From assembly GCF_009914755.1 (NCBI RefSeq), contig NC_060946.1: a stretch of DNA of 64,000 nt. One strand, written 5' to 3'. Positions 10,861 to 25,477 of the stretch are shown piece by piece. The position numbers and the translations under genes are program-made. How positions within the stretch are numbered: the first letter of the stretch is position 1; every line of letters starts with the position of its first letter. The stretch is from the human T2T-CHM13v2.0 reference genome, Homo sapiens. Under the pieces are notes generated by a model. It had not been told where the DNA came from and did not search any database. It saw only the letters and a list, made by a program, of their open reading frames with translations.

Positions 10861-13800
10861 GGACTGAGCACTTCCAAAAGTGTGGGTGGGGAACGGCGCT
10901 TCTGGCCTGGACATCCACAGGCCCTGGCTAAAGGCCGTCCCACCAAGGATGAGCTGCATGGCCTTCGCTGCCGTATGCTGCAAAGTGTGGCTGCAGAGGG
11001 GCTGCCATGAGGCCCTGCAGCCCCAGGACCTGCTCAAGGAAGCAGCTCTGGATGAGTGACAGGAGCATGTGCTGGCTACCAGTGGGCCGTGGGTGCGTGG
11101 GTGGGTCAGGGGCTGACATCAGGAGATGCCAGAGAAGGCTCTCAGAGAAGAGCTGTGCTCATCCGCCGCCTTAGCCTTGCCCGAGAGTGGGGAGCTTGTG
11201 CGGAGATCGCGATGGGGAACCAGGTACCCTCACAGTCATTGCCAGCCTGTGGCTTTGGTGCTCAGTGCATGACGGGATCCATGTTGGGGGGCCTCAGAAG
11301 AGGGGTGCAGCTCAGCGTCTCCTCCTGCTTTGTCGGCACCTTTACTGACATGAGGACCAAAGTCTCCCACTAAAGAAGCTGCTTGAGCTGGGCAGAGTTT
11401 CAGGAAGTGAGTGGAGAGGGAAGCGGTCTGGAGACACAGTGGGATCCCCTACCGAACTACATTTCACTCACTTTGCTAGACCACCTATGGCAAGGCCAGT
11501 TCCTCCTTGAACTTCTAGATCACAGGCAGGGCAGGGGGCGGCTGGGGTCCCTGCTCAGAGTCAGGCACTCTTTGTTACAGTTATCTCAGTTAACCTCAGC
11601 CCAGGGCAGTAGCTGTTTTGTAAATGGGAGCTCCAAGCAGTGTGCAGCCTGCCCACAGTCCCCAGCAAGTGAGTGACAGAGCCAGGCTGGGAACGGGGTG
11701 CTTTCATCCCCTCAGGCCTCTGACAGTGCAGCTGTGAATGTGATCCTGGCTGGACATCTGTAGGAGGCACTGGAGTTTTTAAAAATTTCTTTTGATGGGG
11801 ATAAGAATGGAGGACTGGAGAGAGGGAAGGAGGAAAACCAAACAAACAAATCATGGAACCAAAGCGAGAAGCTGTAAGGAAAGAAGGAGGAAACGCTCCC
11901 ACGGGACGCTTAATGAAGCGCCTCTGCGCCTACCCAGGCCCAGCTGCATGTGATTACCTCCAGGCCGGTGGATGGGGCGGCAGGGCAAGTCCCACTCCTG
12001 TTGAAAAACAAAACCAAACTTCCCCGAACCAAGGAGGGGCGCCGGAGCTCCCACGACACCCCAGGTGACACAGGTCCTCTGGCCAGTTCATCCTGCCAGA
12101 CTCCAGCCAAGTCAGCTGATTGATTCCCAGCATCCATTTCCCAGCCTCGGTACCGTCGGAATTCTAACCTTCAGGGACTAATTCTTTCCCGTGGAAGTCC
12201 GCATTTTCTTCCACCCTCCAAAGCTATGTGAAATTGCCAGGCGGCTGTGCGGCTGTTCCTTCTCTTCCTCCTCCTTGCTAGCACCCTCCATGTGTACACC
12301 TGTCCTCACCTACCAGGTATCCTTGAGCGTGAGCGTCCTTGGCACACGCCAGGCCTGTGGCCATACCCTGATCCCAGCCGCTTGGCCTCCTGCCCCATCC
12401 ATGCCCTGCATTGGCTCCCCAGCTGGGCCTGCCACATGTGGGCTTGTTCCTTCCTGCACTCAGCAGTCCCTCCCTGTCAGGCCCCGGGGTGGGCCTGGTG
12501 GCAACAACCAGGACTAAGGAATAGTTTTGTCTCATCAGAGCTGACATACCGGAGAAAGGCAGATGGCAGGCCACAGAAGGCAGTGGCAGAGGGCTGGGTG
12601 GGGGTGCCAGGAAGCTTCACGGAAAAGGGGGCACTCGCTTGGCTGAGGCACTGGCACGCTCGCAGGCCTCCCCACAGCCAACCTGTCTCTGAGTTTGTGG
12701 CCACATTCTGTCTGTAGTTCTCCTCCTCTCAAAAACCTAGCATGGCTTCCTATCACTTGACCAATACAACTGTTTTATTATTTAAGATTCTGAGCCGATA
12801 AGGAATTCGGAGAAACAGTGGAAAAGCTGATCAACAATCCTACAGTTTAGACAGAACCACAGTCAGGAGCATCTATTTTGTTTCCGTCTTTTTGCATGAG
12901 CTGATTTTCTCCTAAATGTAATGAGTTGATCTGTGCACAGCCACGGCGAGCTGAGCTAAAGCGCCTTCAGTGCTGTGGCTTGGCCCTGCCTCCACTTCTG
13001 ACTCGCTGCTTTGTGCAGTCCACAGTGGGCTCCTCTTCCACGCCCTCGTGCAGTTGTTAATAAACTCCCCCGTGAAGGACGCAGCTGGGCAGCTACGGCC
13101 CTTTTCATTTAAGGGATTATTGCCTTCAGAGAGCTCCCCAGAAGTGGGATTCCTGGGTCAACGACTGTGAGCTTTTGTTTCTCATGACTCCCTGAAGACC
13201 CCTGTTAACCTGCATACAACTGACTGACTCTCCTGCCGTACAGCATCTGCACTTGCGGTGGCCTCATCTGCCACCGTCTTTTCTATTGGCCACATCCATC
13301 TCCAGCGAACTTCTGTGATTAGTCACATGTATTTGTTCACTCAGTCACTTGGCAGGGGTGCAAGGCACCACACTGGTGCATGGGTAAACAGGGAAAGACG
13401 AGGCCAAGGCCTGCCCTCAGGGAGCTGCCATTCTAGGAAAGAGAGGTGGTGAGGACACTGGGAGACCAGTGTCTATTAACCATAGTGGGGTCAGAGCCCT
13501 GCAGGACAAGAAGAGTGTGCTGTGAGAAGCAGGAACAGGCAGGCTGAACCCAGGCAGAGAGCGTCTCTCTAAGCCACATGAGGACCAGTGCAGAGAAAGG
13601 TGCATTTGGTGGTGAGAAGTGCGGTTGGTCGTGTGTGTGTGTGTCTGTGTGTGTGTGTAATCTCTGGGTCTAAGACCAGGAGAGCACATGGTATATATGG
13701 CTCATTTGACAGAGACTGCCTTTTTACCACCACTACCTGCCCTGAACCCACTCTGCTCCCTGGCCGAGCCCTTCCCATCTCCAGGCTCTGCACATGCTGC

Positions 13801-16800
13801 TCCTTCCTCCTAAAATGTCCTCCCTTCACCCCATCTCCACCCCCCGCAGGGGACCCTCCACTCACTCCAGGTAGGGCGAGTCACCCACCCCACACCATCC
13901 CTTTGCACACCCCTAGTATTAATTACACAAAGGACACCATAGTGGGAGTATTTCTGCACGTGGCCTGGGAGCTCCCTGAGGGCAAGAGTGAGTCTAACTA
14001 ATCTCAGAGGCCCCTCACCTGCAGATATGGGCACCCGGGGCATGTCCTGACAGAAGAGCATTGGGGCATTCTTGCTGTCCCAACCCGATAATCACCCCCA
14101 CTGCCCGCACTGTCCCGGGCTTTCATTCCATTCCATCTTGGCGACGTGATTCTGCATCAACAGTGAAGAGAGTCCTGCCGGAATACGGAGGAGAAGCGGC
14201 ACATAAACCTCAATGGGTGACTGCCACCACACACAGTTCTGTCCACGCCCAGGTGACACTGGACACGGACATCAGGACATGAAAACGCTTGCTCTATTGG
14301 AGGGGTGAGAAATGGGGGAATGATTTTGTCTTTTCTCTGGATTTCTCTGAGTGTTTCTGTATAATTATTGCACGTGTGGCTGATGGATAAGTAAACAGAC
14401 ATTTGCAGCTTGGTCTGATTCTGGCAGGCCTGAGAGTTGGCAGGGAGGGCAAGGGAGCAGAATGCAGGGAGCAGGTCCCTCTGCCCGGGGGGCTGGGGAA
14501 GAGGCTCAGGAGGAAGAGCTGGGGTGTCCGGGACAGGCCGGGAGGAGGTTCTGCAGGTAGGGGAATGGTGTGTGCAGAGGCCCAGAGGGCATGAGGAGCC
14601 GGGGGACAGGCTTAATATTTAGTTTGCTGGGAGCACAGGGAGAAACAGAAAGGCTGGAGTGTCAGCAGGGCCAGCTGCCAGGCCAAGGAAGCCAGACCCC
14701 CACAATGGCAACACAGGCCCTGGGGAGGGTCCCACTCGGCAGGGCCTCCACCACGGGTGGGTCCCAAATGACTCCACTGGTGTCTGACCCCCTGGCGGTC
14801 AGCAGATGAGCCAGGGGAGGGCAAGCCTGTGGGATCCTCTCCCCATCATTAAAGTAGCACCTGGGAGGTTACTAAAGACCCCAGGCCAAGCAGCTGGGTT
14901 GCTGCCATGGCTGCCCACTTCCCACAAATAAAGAGTGCCAGCCAGGCACAGGGCGTCTCTGCCAGCAGTCTATTTCTAGCTGTATGTGGTTGGGATGAGG
15001 TGGGTGACAGGGAGGGGTGCCAGGGCAGCCTGATGCACAGGCCTGGCTAATGGCCACTATAAACAGCTGGAACCTGTCCCGGTGCTGGGGGAGGAGGGTC
15101 ACTGCAGCATCTGCCCCGATGCAGCCAGGCCCAGCAAACGTCCAGGGCGACCCCAAACGCCACCCAGGGCCCAGGGTGCTCCAAGGTAAGCGAGACTATT
15201 GACAGACGCAGTACTGGACTGGGTTGAGATGCCCTTAATTGTTGCTAATGTCCCCTTTTAGGGCCACGGCTCCGTGTCTGGTTTGGGGGCATATGTTTTG
15301 CTGGCAGGGTATTTTTAAGGAGCCTTCACAAGACACTTATTTATTTATTTATTTTTTATTTTCTGGAGTTCTGACCAAGCTCTTGGCACAGGGACTGCAA
15401 ACAGGAACAGAGGAAGGCAAGTGTCTGCAGCGAGTGTTTTCTTTGCTGTTTATGGACTCGGTATTCTCTGCTCTGAGACAGAGCGGGGCTTCTTCCTCAA
15501 GCCACCAAATTGAGACCTACAAAGGTAGGGTGGCACCAGGCACAGTGACAACAGATTTCAATCCAGTGGAGGGAGGATGGGATCACGAACACACACTCCT
15601 ACCAAGGGGAAGGTGGCCTCATACAGGGATGCAATCCCTGACCTGAATGTACAAGCACAGGGAGAGTGGGAAGGGACGAGCAGGTGAAGGGTCCTGAGGC
15701 CCACCATGTGCCACCTTCCTTCACGTACACCCTTCTCTGTATCCCCAGAGCCCTGTCCTGGGAACACCAGCATGCCCCTTTCCAGGAAAGAAAACCGAGA
15801 GCAGAGAGCTAGGAAGGGAGTGGGAGTCAAGGCCAACGTGTCTGATGCCCAAGTCCATGCTCTCCCTGTGTCTAGAGCAGAGACCAGAAGGAGCCAGGCA
15901 CGGAGAAGTGGACTGGGGAGTCACAGGCCATCGCTGGCCGAGGGAGACAGGGAGACTTTCCCAGCGCTTCTACCCAGCTCCAAGTGTGCTGATGACCCCC
16001 ACGGCAGGTCTGTGCACCTGCCACCGTCAAGTCGTTTGCCTCCTGAGGGTCAGAATCCAACATTCTACCCCGTTACCCTGCCACCCGCCCATCCTCCACC
16101 ACACAAACGAGCCTGCTGTGGGCCTGGCCTTTGCAGGCCTTGGATAAAGAGCTTGGCCAATCCAGAGCTCAGCACTCGAGGAATTCCCAAGGAAGGAAGA
16201 GAGATCTCCCCTGAGATGCCTGAGTGCCAGTCCCAGGAGCTCAGGGCCATGTCAGAGGGAAGCCTAGGGGAGGCTGTACAGCTCAGAGAGGTCTTCTCTA
16301 GGGGTTGACGCCTCACCTGAGTGAGCCCTGAGGAACAAGTAGGGGCCAGCCAAACTAAGCGTTCATCAGGAGGCTGGGGAAGGGCGCTCAGTGCAGAACA
16401 GCAGGTGTATGGACACCCTGGAGGAGGAAAGGGCGGGATGGTTATGGAGAGGAAAAGTGTTCGCCATGCTGGAGATTACAGTTCTGAGAAACAAGGAGAG
16501 CTGCGCAGACAACGACTGCATCCTGCTGGGACAAGGAGGACACGGAAAAGAGCTGAGCTGCCACTGTCCCTGGGGCCAATCACACGACCGCACTGCCAGG
16601 TCACGGGATGCTGGAAGGAGAAGGGCTCTGACCCAGCAGCCCAGCCAGGGGGTTCCAAACTGAGGTCCAGAGGCTCCAGGAACTTTGCAGAGGTAGAGAC
16701 AGGTTCCATGGGGAGCAGAGCTCTAACTGTGGCCAGTCTTGTCTCCCGTTCAGCCACAGCGTGAGGCCCCTGCATGATTCCGCTTCGGAAAAAAGATTTC

Positions 16801-19797
16801 TGCTGCTATAAACCCCACAGCATCTGAAAACCACTGATCAAATCCCATCTTTTTATTTCACATATGACAGGGAAACTGAGGCATAAAGAGGCAGGGCATT
16901 TCCCAAGGTCTCCCAGCAAGTCAGTGGCCTAAGGAGCCTGACTTCTGCTCTGTGGGCCACTGATTCTGCCCTGATTGCTGGGCCAGAAGGGGGCTGGCAG
17001 GAAGAACCATCTGGCCCCCTGTAATAAACACCCCACAGTCCCCCCACCCAATCCCAAGCAGGCCATGGGCATGAGGCTGTCAAAGGCCACTCCACCCCGA
17101 AACACACAAAGGTCTGAACCAGTCTGCCTCCCTACACCCCACTCGAGGGTCTCCCCTTTTTTGTAGCGATTTGGGAAAAGAAGGAAGCGAGTCTATAAAG
17201 ATGTACAACACTGTCCAGGGAGTCTCTTTCTCTCAGGCCAAATAATTTCTTTCAGATTAACAGCTGTAGAAGGCGGAGAGGAGAGGCGGGCCTGGATCTG
17301 TCTTGTACTCTGACAGCAAATCCCTCCAACTGAGCGTGTTTAGAGCACCTGAAAGTGGGCCAAGAATGGGAAAAGGTGGTGGGGTAGTAGGTGGGCATAA
17401 CGAAAGAGACCAGGAAGAAACCTCTTGAGTTTACTTTAGAAAATATTGGTGTTTATGGAGTAAGTATATGACTGTCCAAAGCTGTTTAGTTTTACATTAA
17501 GATGATCAGCATTTTTTTTTCCAGCAAGAAATGTATTTGAGCTGTTGAAGTATAAAGACAAATAAACAGCAGCAACTCGAGCCTTCGTTAGGGGTTCCAG
17601 GGAGCCACATGTTGTCTCCAGCTGTCTTCCAGGACAAGAGGGCCTCCTTTAAAAGGCCGCGATGGCGCAGGCCCTTTCATCAGCCCAGCGGAGGGAGAGC
17701 TGGAGCGCGGCGCCTGCACGGAGCATCTGGGCACTCGCCGGTGACTTCCTCCCCCAGGGTGCAGCTGGGCTCCAGGCCCCATCGGGAGTCCCCCGAGGGC
17801 CCCTCCTACTCCTCCTTTTCTACCCCTCCACTTGGCAGCCTCAAGTGCCACTTGCACATCCATCTCCTCAACTGATCCTAACAGACAGGGACCGACCCCA
17901 TTTCACAGAGACCAAAACTCCGACTCTGAGAAATGAGATGATGTGTCCCAAGTTACAAAATAAGAACACAGCAGAGCTCAAATTGAAGTCGCGATGTCAC
18001 ATGACCCCTCAGTCAACAGACAGTAAGTACAAGAACCAGCGCAAGAGGCTGGGAGAGCATTTGGCAGGTGGGGAGCGGACCGTGGGCAGCAGCTCATCTG
18101 GCAGGAATGAGGAGCAGGGCCCAGGCAAAGGGCTTCCCACACGGCCCAGGCCCAGGCTCGCCCCCTGCACCTTCACCAGCTCCAGGTATATCCATTTTCC
18201 CTAAACTGTGTTCTGGCTTTGCACACTAGGAATAAATGTTAATTAGCTCATTCGCATCTGTTGAGACCTTGCCCTGTGCTAGGTACTATGGTATGTGTTT
18301 TACAAAGCTCATCTCGTTGGCCTCTGCATCATCTCTGTCAAATAAGCACTGTTACCAGCCCCACCTCATGCAGGAGTACACAGAGGCCCAGAGAAGCAGA
18401 ATTACTTGCTCAAGGTCACATAGTAAGTGATGGATCCAGGGTTCAAAGCCAGGCAGATCGATTTCTGATGCTCCTTGAGGGCCCGAAATAAGGCCATACC
18501 TCTCCTAATTGTGAGCTCCAAGCAAGGCACAGCATAGGGTGGGTGCTTGTGAAATCTTTACGAAATGAGTGAATATTAAAATATCTGGCTTCCAAAGCCA
18601 TCTAGACGCCATGTAGAAACCCTCACATTTTCCCCCGGGTTTGACTACAGACTTCTAAGCTTGTGCACCATCTCCATTTCGATGGCTGCTTATCATTTCA
18701 AACAGAACTCAGACGAACAGACACCTGAGTCCTGTACCTCCGTGTCCACCCCCACACCCAGTCTGTCCTCCCCCTAGCCTTCCCCATCTCAGCCACAGCA
18801 GCAGAGCCCCTAGAAACTCCGGGGAAACCCAATCATCAGTTTTGACTCTCTTCTCCCTGTACCTCTCATATCTCATCCACTGGCTGCTCCCGTCAACTGT
18901 TTTCAAAATACACTGTGAGTTCAACGACCACTTCTCCCACTGTCACCCTGAACGAAGCCACCAACCGCTCTGACCCAGGCCACTGCAGTGGTTTCCCTGC
19001 TTAAGCCACTCTGCCTCTCTACTCAGCAGCCAGAAGCGCTTTTTAAATTAAAATGTCCACTGGAACATGTCAATCCCTGGTGAAAATAGCCCACGGCTTC
19101 CCAGGTAACAGAATAAAATCCAAACCCCTTTCTCGAGACGATATGACCCTGCCTGACCCAGCCCCGGCCCGCCTCGTTGCCTCATCTCCAGTCTGTGTCC
19201 CTCGCTCCTGATCCTCCAGGCATCCTGGCCCATCCCCAAACTCCTAACAGTTCCTACCACACTTGTCCCCCTTCTGCTTGGACAGAGGACCTTCCCTAGA
19301 CCTTCATGTGGTACTTCCTCCCTCTCACTGGGGCTTCCTCCCCTTACCCCGGGCAGACCTCTGTTACCCCCCTCATTGGTGGAGGTGACTTCTCAGGCTA
19401 GACTGTCAAACTGCCAAGCATGGGATTCTGTCGTCTTAGGACCCAGCGGCCATGATGTGCGGAAGCTCCTACCAGCCCATGTGGAAAGACCACATAAAGA
19501 GGCTGCCCATAGTGTCCTGGCTGACAGCCAACCACCACCACCAGCTGTGAGCAAAGATGCTTCCAGATGATTCCAGTTCTTGGCTATCAAGTCATCCCCA
19601 GCTTTCAAGTCTCCCAGCTGAGGCCCCAGACACCGTGGAGCAGAGACTAGTTGATCCTGTCTGACTTCTTGCGCCACAGAATTCATGAGCAAAATAGTAT
19701 TTTATGCCACTAAATGTGAGGTAGTTTTTTAAAAATTTAATTTTACTTTTCAAAATGGACATGTAATAATTGTACATATTTGTGGGGGACATAGTGA

Positions 19798-20121
<324 letters not shown>

Positions 20122-20458
20122 TTGATACATATTGAGGTGGTTTCTTATGCAGCAATAGTAACTGGAATCCTACCCTACCCAATGCTGTCACCCTGCCCCC
20201 ATCACTTTGTATCACATTATTTGTTTTATTATTTTTTTCAGTGGCTCTGACCTGGCTGAAGTTACTGAGTTACATGTTCACATGTTCACTGTCTTTCTCC
20301 TCTATGTAAGTTCATAAGCAGGGAGATGTTGTAGCCTTTGTTCACCACCATAGTAAGCACTGAAAACCATGTCTGGCATATAGCAGGCACTCAGAACAAT
20401 TTTTTTGGAATAAACAAATGGATGAATACTAGGTGGAAGGCTTTAGTATTATTCCTAA

Positions 20459-20770
<312 letters not shown>

Positions 20771-20882
20771 TAATATAGCACTTTCTACCCTTCATTAGAG
20801 TTGTGAATATTTCTGGCTTCCTCATGGACCTAAGAGCCCTGCGAGAGATATCTCATCTAATTAATCTTTACCTCTGCCCTAT

Positions 20883-21136
20883 GCCTACCACTCTACATTA
20901 TATCCTGGGTATTTAGGACCCTAAAACTCCCCTCAAATGGTTCTAAGCCTATCAGACGACACTTAGGCCTGAGTAAGACTTAGGCAAAAGGTGGCTGCTT
21001 TCAGGGTAAATGGCCAAAGCTTGCATATTTGCGTTAGGGTGTGTTGAGGCTCATCGTGGTATGGGGTGGAGCCAAGGGTGGGAAAGGCAGGGAGGGAGCA
21101 GGCATTGCCCGTGCTACCACTTTCTGGTGCAAAATC
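20883..21136 (+). repeat. 254-bp dispersed direct repeat, copy 1
   Basis: Ungapped match to 23590-23843 with 18 mismatches (about 93%). Confidence 0.95.
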
Positions 21137-23589
21137 AGAGGCTTGTTAGGTGAGAGGGTTTTTAGATTACAAGGCATTTTGACAAATCCATTCATTCATT
21201 TATTCTACAAATATTTACTAAATGCCTACAATATATCTGACACTGCACTAGGTTCCAAGAAGAAAGACAGAAAGGTAAACAAGACAAATTCTGCTTTTGG
21301 GGAAGAAGAGAGGACCATGACACAGAGCTGCAGTGGAGATGTAACTGTGTGGCGTGGGTCACAGCAGACCTCTGAGCAAGGGGAGGTTTGGTTGGGGCTT
21401 GAAGGATGAGCAGGACCTCACCAGATCCCTGCTGGGGAGTAGCAGTCTGTCAACAGATTTGTGTAGGACTCTGCGGGTACAGGGAAGGCTGGCCCAGTGG
21501 GCACAGCTAAGCAAGGGTGAGAAATGGGGTTGGGGGGAGGCTGGTGGGGCCCTGGCCAGAGGGGTCTCAAGCTACTGTGGAAGCAATGGCCATGAGAGGA
21601 GGGTGCTGGAGCGGAGGGCTCCGTACAGTTGGATGGGGTAAGACAAGGTCCCAAGGGTGGCTCAAGGATGATGTGAGGTGCCTAAACAAGGCCACAAGCT
21701 CTGCCCTTGGCCCAAGGAGGCTGAACGAGCTATGGGGTGGAGGCGCCCTTGGTATGAGCTCTCTAGAGCAAGGGGTGCCCGCTGGCCCTTCAGCACACTC
21801 CCTGCCTGTGCCTGGCCTGGCACGTGCTGGGATTTCTGGATGCTCTCAGTGACTCCCAAACTCACGGATAGATACAGGCGTGCATATCTAACACCCTACG
21901 ACAAGGAGGCCCTGGCCAGCCTCCCGGAGCTGGTGCAGTTCGGGCACTATGGGGCGGGGGTGGGCAGCAGGGCAGGCTTACAGGCTGAAATTGGCAAAAT
22001 CCCAGACCTGGGCTCTAGTCCTAGCTCTACCACCTACTGTCTGTGTGAGCTTGGGTAGGTCACTTCCCCTCACTAGGCCTCAGTTTCCTCATTTGTAAAA
22101 AGAAGACACTAATGTCTTTGGATGCTGTGAGCACTAACAAGAGAACTGAGCACAGCATCCCGGGCAAATCCAGGCACACAGGAGGCTCAACCAAAGCTCC
22201 CGAATCTCACTCAAGTAGGACGGTCTACCCAGCACAAGGCTGGGCATAGGGTTGGTGCTCAATAAATGTTAATGAAATGGAGAGAGCTGGCTAATAAATC
22301 AATGCTTCTGAACCTGGATACAGATGACTTCTCTTCAACAGGGAAAAAAAGTGCCAAGAGGCAGGTCCAAAATTCAAACTGTGAGCAACTTGAGAGACGT
22401 ATTTTTCAGTAAGTCAAGGTAAAGATCGGGGTCGAAGAAAACATCTGGCTAAGTGAACTAATGGCTTTAGAGAAAGAGGAGCCTTGCTTTGTGGAGACGG
22501 GAAGAAATTATCCACTGCTGGTTTTAATTTAAGATGAAAACAATCTTATTCTATTAGCCTAAATATTGCTCTGCTGTCCAATTGCATGGAGTTTGGAATA
22601 ATATTTTTCAAACAGAACTACTGCTATTTCAAGTAATTACACAGCTAAAAGCAGCCATTTGGGGTTGAGCAAGATCTCATCATGGTTTCAATTCCCTCTG
22701 GTGTCATTTTCTGTTATATTTGAGAAATTCCTCAATAAAGATGTCAAATAGAGTGAGGGCTTTGCTCCCCAGAGGACAGACTTGGCCACCCTCCAGGACA
22801 CAGTCACAGGCAGGCCATCTCCACAGGAAAATAACCTCGCTTACTCGAAAGAAAAGAAAAGGTTCAACTATGAAAACTTAGGCAAGAAAATAACTTGTAA
22901 GCCATCAGCCTCATTTCTCCTAATCAGCTCAGAACACTTTTCAAACTGGCCTGTTTATTTCTAAGGTGATCAGGGTTTTATCCCAGCCCCCATCCCTAAG
23001 GAATTCAGTGGTGGTTCAGAGAGGAATGTTACAACTGGACAAGACTCTTGACCCAGACTTCTTGAGACAAAACAGAGGAGGTGCGAACGGGCCTAACTAT
23101 TCCTGATGGGCGATGGGCTGTGGGGTGAGGTTTAGTGACTGCCCAGAGGCAGCCAAGAATGCACAAGGCAGCGGAGACAGAGAACCTTCCAACAACTCAG
23201 TGGGCCACTCACAGCCACCAAATGCCCACTGGGGACAAAACCTTGTGCAGGAAGCTTTGTCAGGCAGCACAAAGAATTCCAAACATTTCCAGGCAGCACA
23301 ATTTCAAGCAGGTAGTTAAATGGCCAAAGCTGGATGCAAGTAATAGGGAGTGGTGGAGACTGTGGCGAACAAGAGAGTACACACCCGCTCTGAAGCAGGC
23401 AGCTGCGGTGTAGTTCACTCTAGCTGCTGCCAGCACCACAGTGAGATGTGAGCGAGAGTGCTGTTGCCCTGGGCCCCCACACTTTGGGGGTCCCTGTTCT
23501 GCCTCTCCTGTGGCTGCAGCAGCACCCCCCTGACCCCACCACCATGGAGTAAGGGGTCCACAGGGGAGTCATGAGCACCTGGAACACAC

Positions 23590-23843
23590 GCCTACCACTC
23601 CACATTACATGCTGGGTATTTAGGACCCTAAAACTCCCCCAAAAGGGTCCTAAGCCTATCAGACTACACTTAGGCCTGAGTAAGACTTAGGCAAAAGGTG
23701 GCTGCTTTCAGGGTAAATGGCCAAAGCTTGCACATTTGCATTAGGGTGTGCTGAGGCTCGTCATGGTGTGGGGTGGAGCCGAGGGTGGGAAGGGCAGGGA
23801 GGGAGCAGGCATTGCCCATGCTACCACTTTCTGGCGCAAAATC
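23590..23843 (+). repeat. 254-bp dispersed direct repeat, copy 2
   Basis: Constant offset of 2707 bp from copy 1. Confidence 0.95.
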
Positions 23844-25151
23844 CAAGCAGTCTTCTAAATTCCAGTCTAGCCTCTAGGTCATTAGTTAGGAATATTTGTC
23901 AAGGTAGAAGAGGCAGAGTCATTCTTGTTTGGGAGCTTCTTAATTACTTTAATATTTTAGCCATGTGGGATAGGGGCCTCCATCTGGACTCCTGTCCCAA
24001 GTCCCGCAAACGTCAGGGGCTGGGTAACTGTGGCTGAGATGGAATGATGCTAGAAATATTGATTTTTTTTAATGTGATAACCCCTAATTTTTAAGTGTTG
24101 ACAAATAATTTAATAAGAACAAATGATACCACCATGGGGACAAACCAAACATGTCTGTGGGCCAGATGGGGACTGTGGGTTGCCAGCTTGAAGCCTTTGC
24201 TGGAAAGTGATGACAATATCCAGCACCTGCACAGAATTTACATCTGTACACAAGCTCTGCACAATCTCCTTTCAGATTTAATCATGACACCGACCCTCCG
24301 AGACAAGTATTACTGACCCATTTCACAGTTAGGGGAACTGAAGCTTGGTGGGCTAGAGGAACAGGTCCCGAACTATAAAACTCATGAGCGGTGACACCTG
24401 AATTTGAGCCTAAATCTTCAAACTCCAAGCCCAGCTGACTCTTACAGCATGATTTATTTCTGCCAACACTGATTAAGCCCCATGATCCTAGAGTACGAGG
24501 TACTCCAGTTCTTACAGCATTTCATGGATGAGGGAGCTGAGACTCCAAGAAGTCGGTTAACTAGCTTGAGGTCACATGGTCAGGATGGGTTGGTGCCTGT
24601 TGGAACCAAGGTCCGGCTTCTCTAGAGCTGGAGTTTTGTCTTGAGAAAGAGAAAGCCTGAACAGAAAGAACTCTGTTGGGAAGGGTCTGCCCTCAGCTAA
24701 AGGCAGAGGAGCAACAGAGAGAGCCTTTTCTTGGCTGCTGTGTGTGCAAGTTAGAGCCGCGTGAGGTTGCAATCTGTGCTCAGAGGTGGTGGGGCGGGGG
24801 AGGGGGGGAACCTTACCCAGTTCTTTTAAATTAATCAGTGTAAACATAATCCATTGTGAAAACAATGTTGTTGAGACAAAGGCCCACACAGACTCACTGC
24901 TAGTCTGCAGGCTGCTGGCGTCAGGCTCTGGGGACACTGGGAGTACTTGCTGTAGCCAAGAACAGGGTATTTACAAACAGGTGGTTCTGCACAGGTAAGA
25001 GTACAGTGGCTGGAAGGAGAGTTCCACGTGTCAGGCACAGCCGTGGGAGCGCACATGGTGGGGACTGGTCCCCACGAGGTCTTGGAGGCATCAAACCACT
25101 CCACATCAACACATCTCATCTGGAAGCCAGTGACCAGATGAATGCTGGTTA

Positions 25152-25477
25152 CATGTTGAATATTTGGTGCCAGACACTCTGCTACATGCTCCACGTCCAT
25201 GATCTCATTTAATCCTCACAAGAGCCCTACCAGATAGGGACTATGCCTTCCATTTTTCAAGTGAGGAAACTAAGGCATGGAGAGGTAAAGTGACTGGCCA
25301 AAGGTCACACAGCTGATAGAGAAGGGCTAGAATTTAAGCCACAAACTGGCAGTTCCCAAGGTCTCTCCTCTTGGCCGCTGGGTGATATTGCCTGCTTTTA
25401 ACTGGCTGTCCCAAAGGGACTGTCGGCTCTGTCTTCACTGACTAATCAGAGACCAAAACATACTCTCTCTATCATTT
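25152..25477 (-). repeat. 326-bp inverted repeat arm A (MIR plus flank), intron 3
   Basis: Reverse complement of 42655-42980, ungapped, 32 mismatches (about 90%). Confidence 0.95.
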
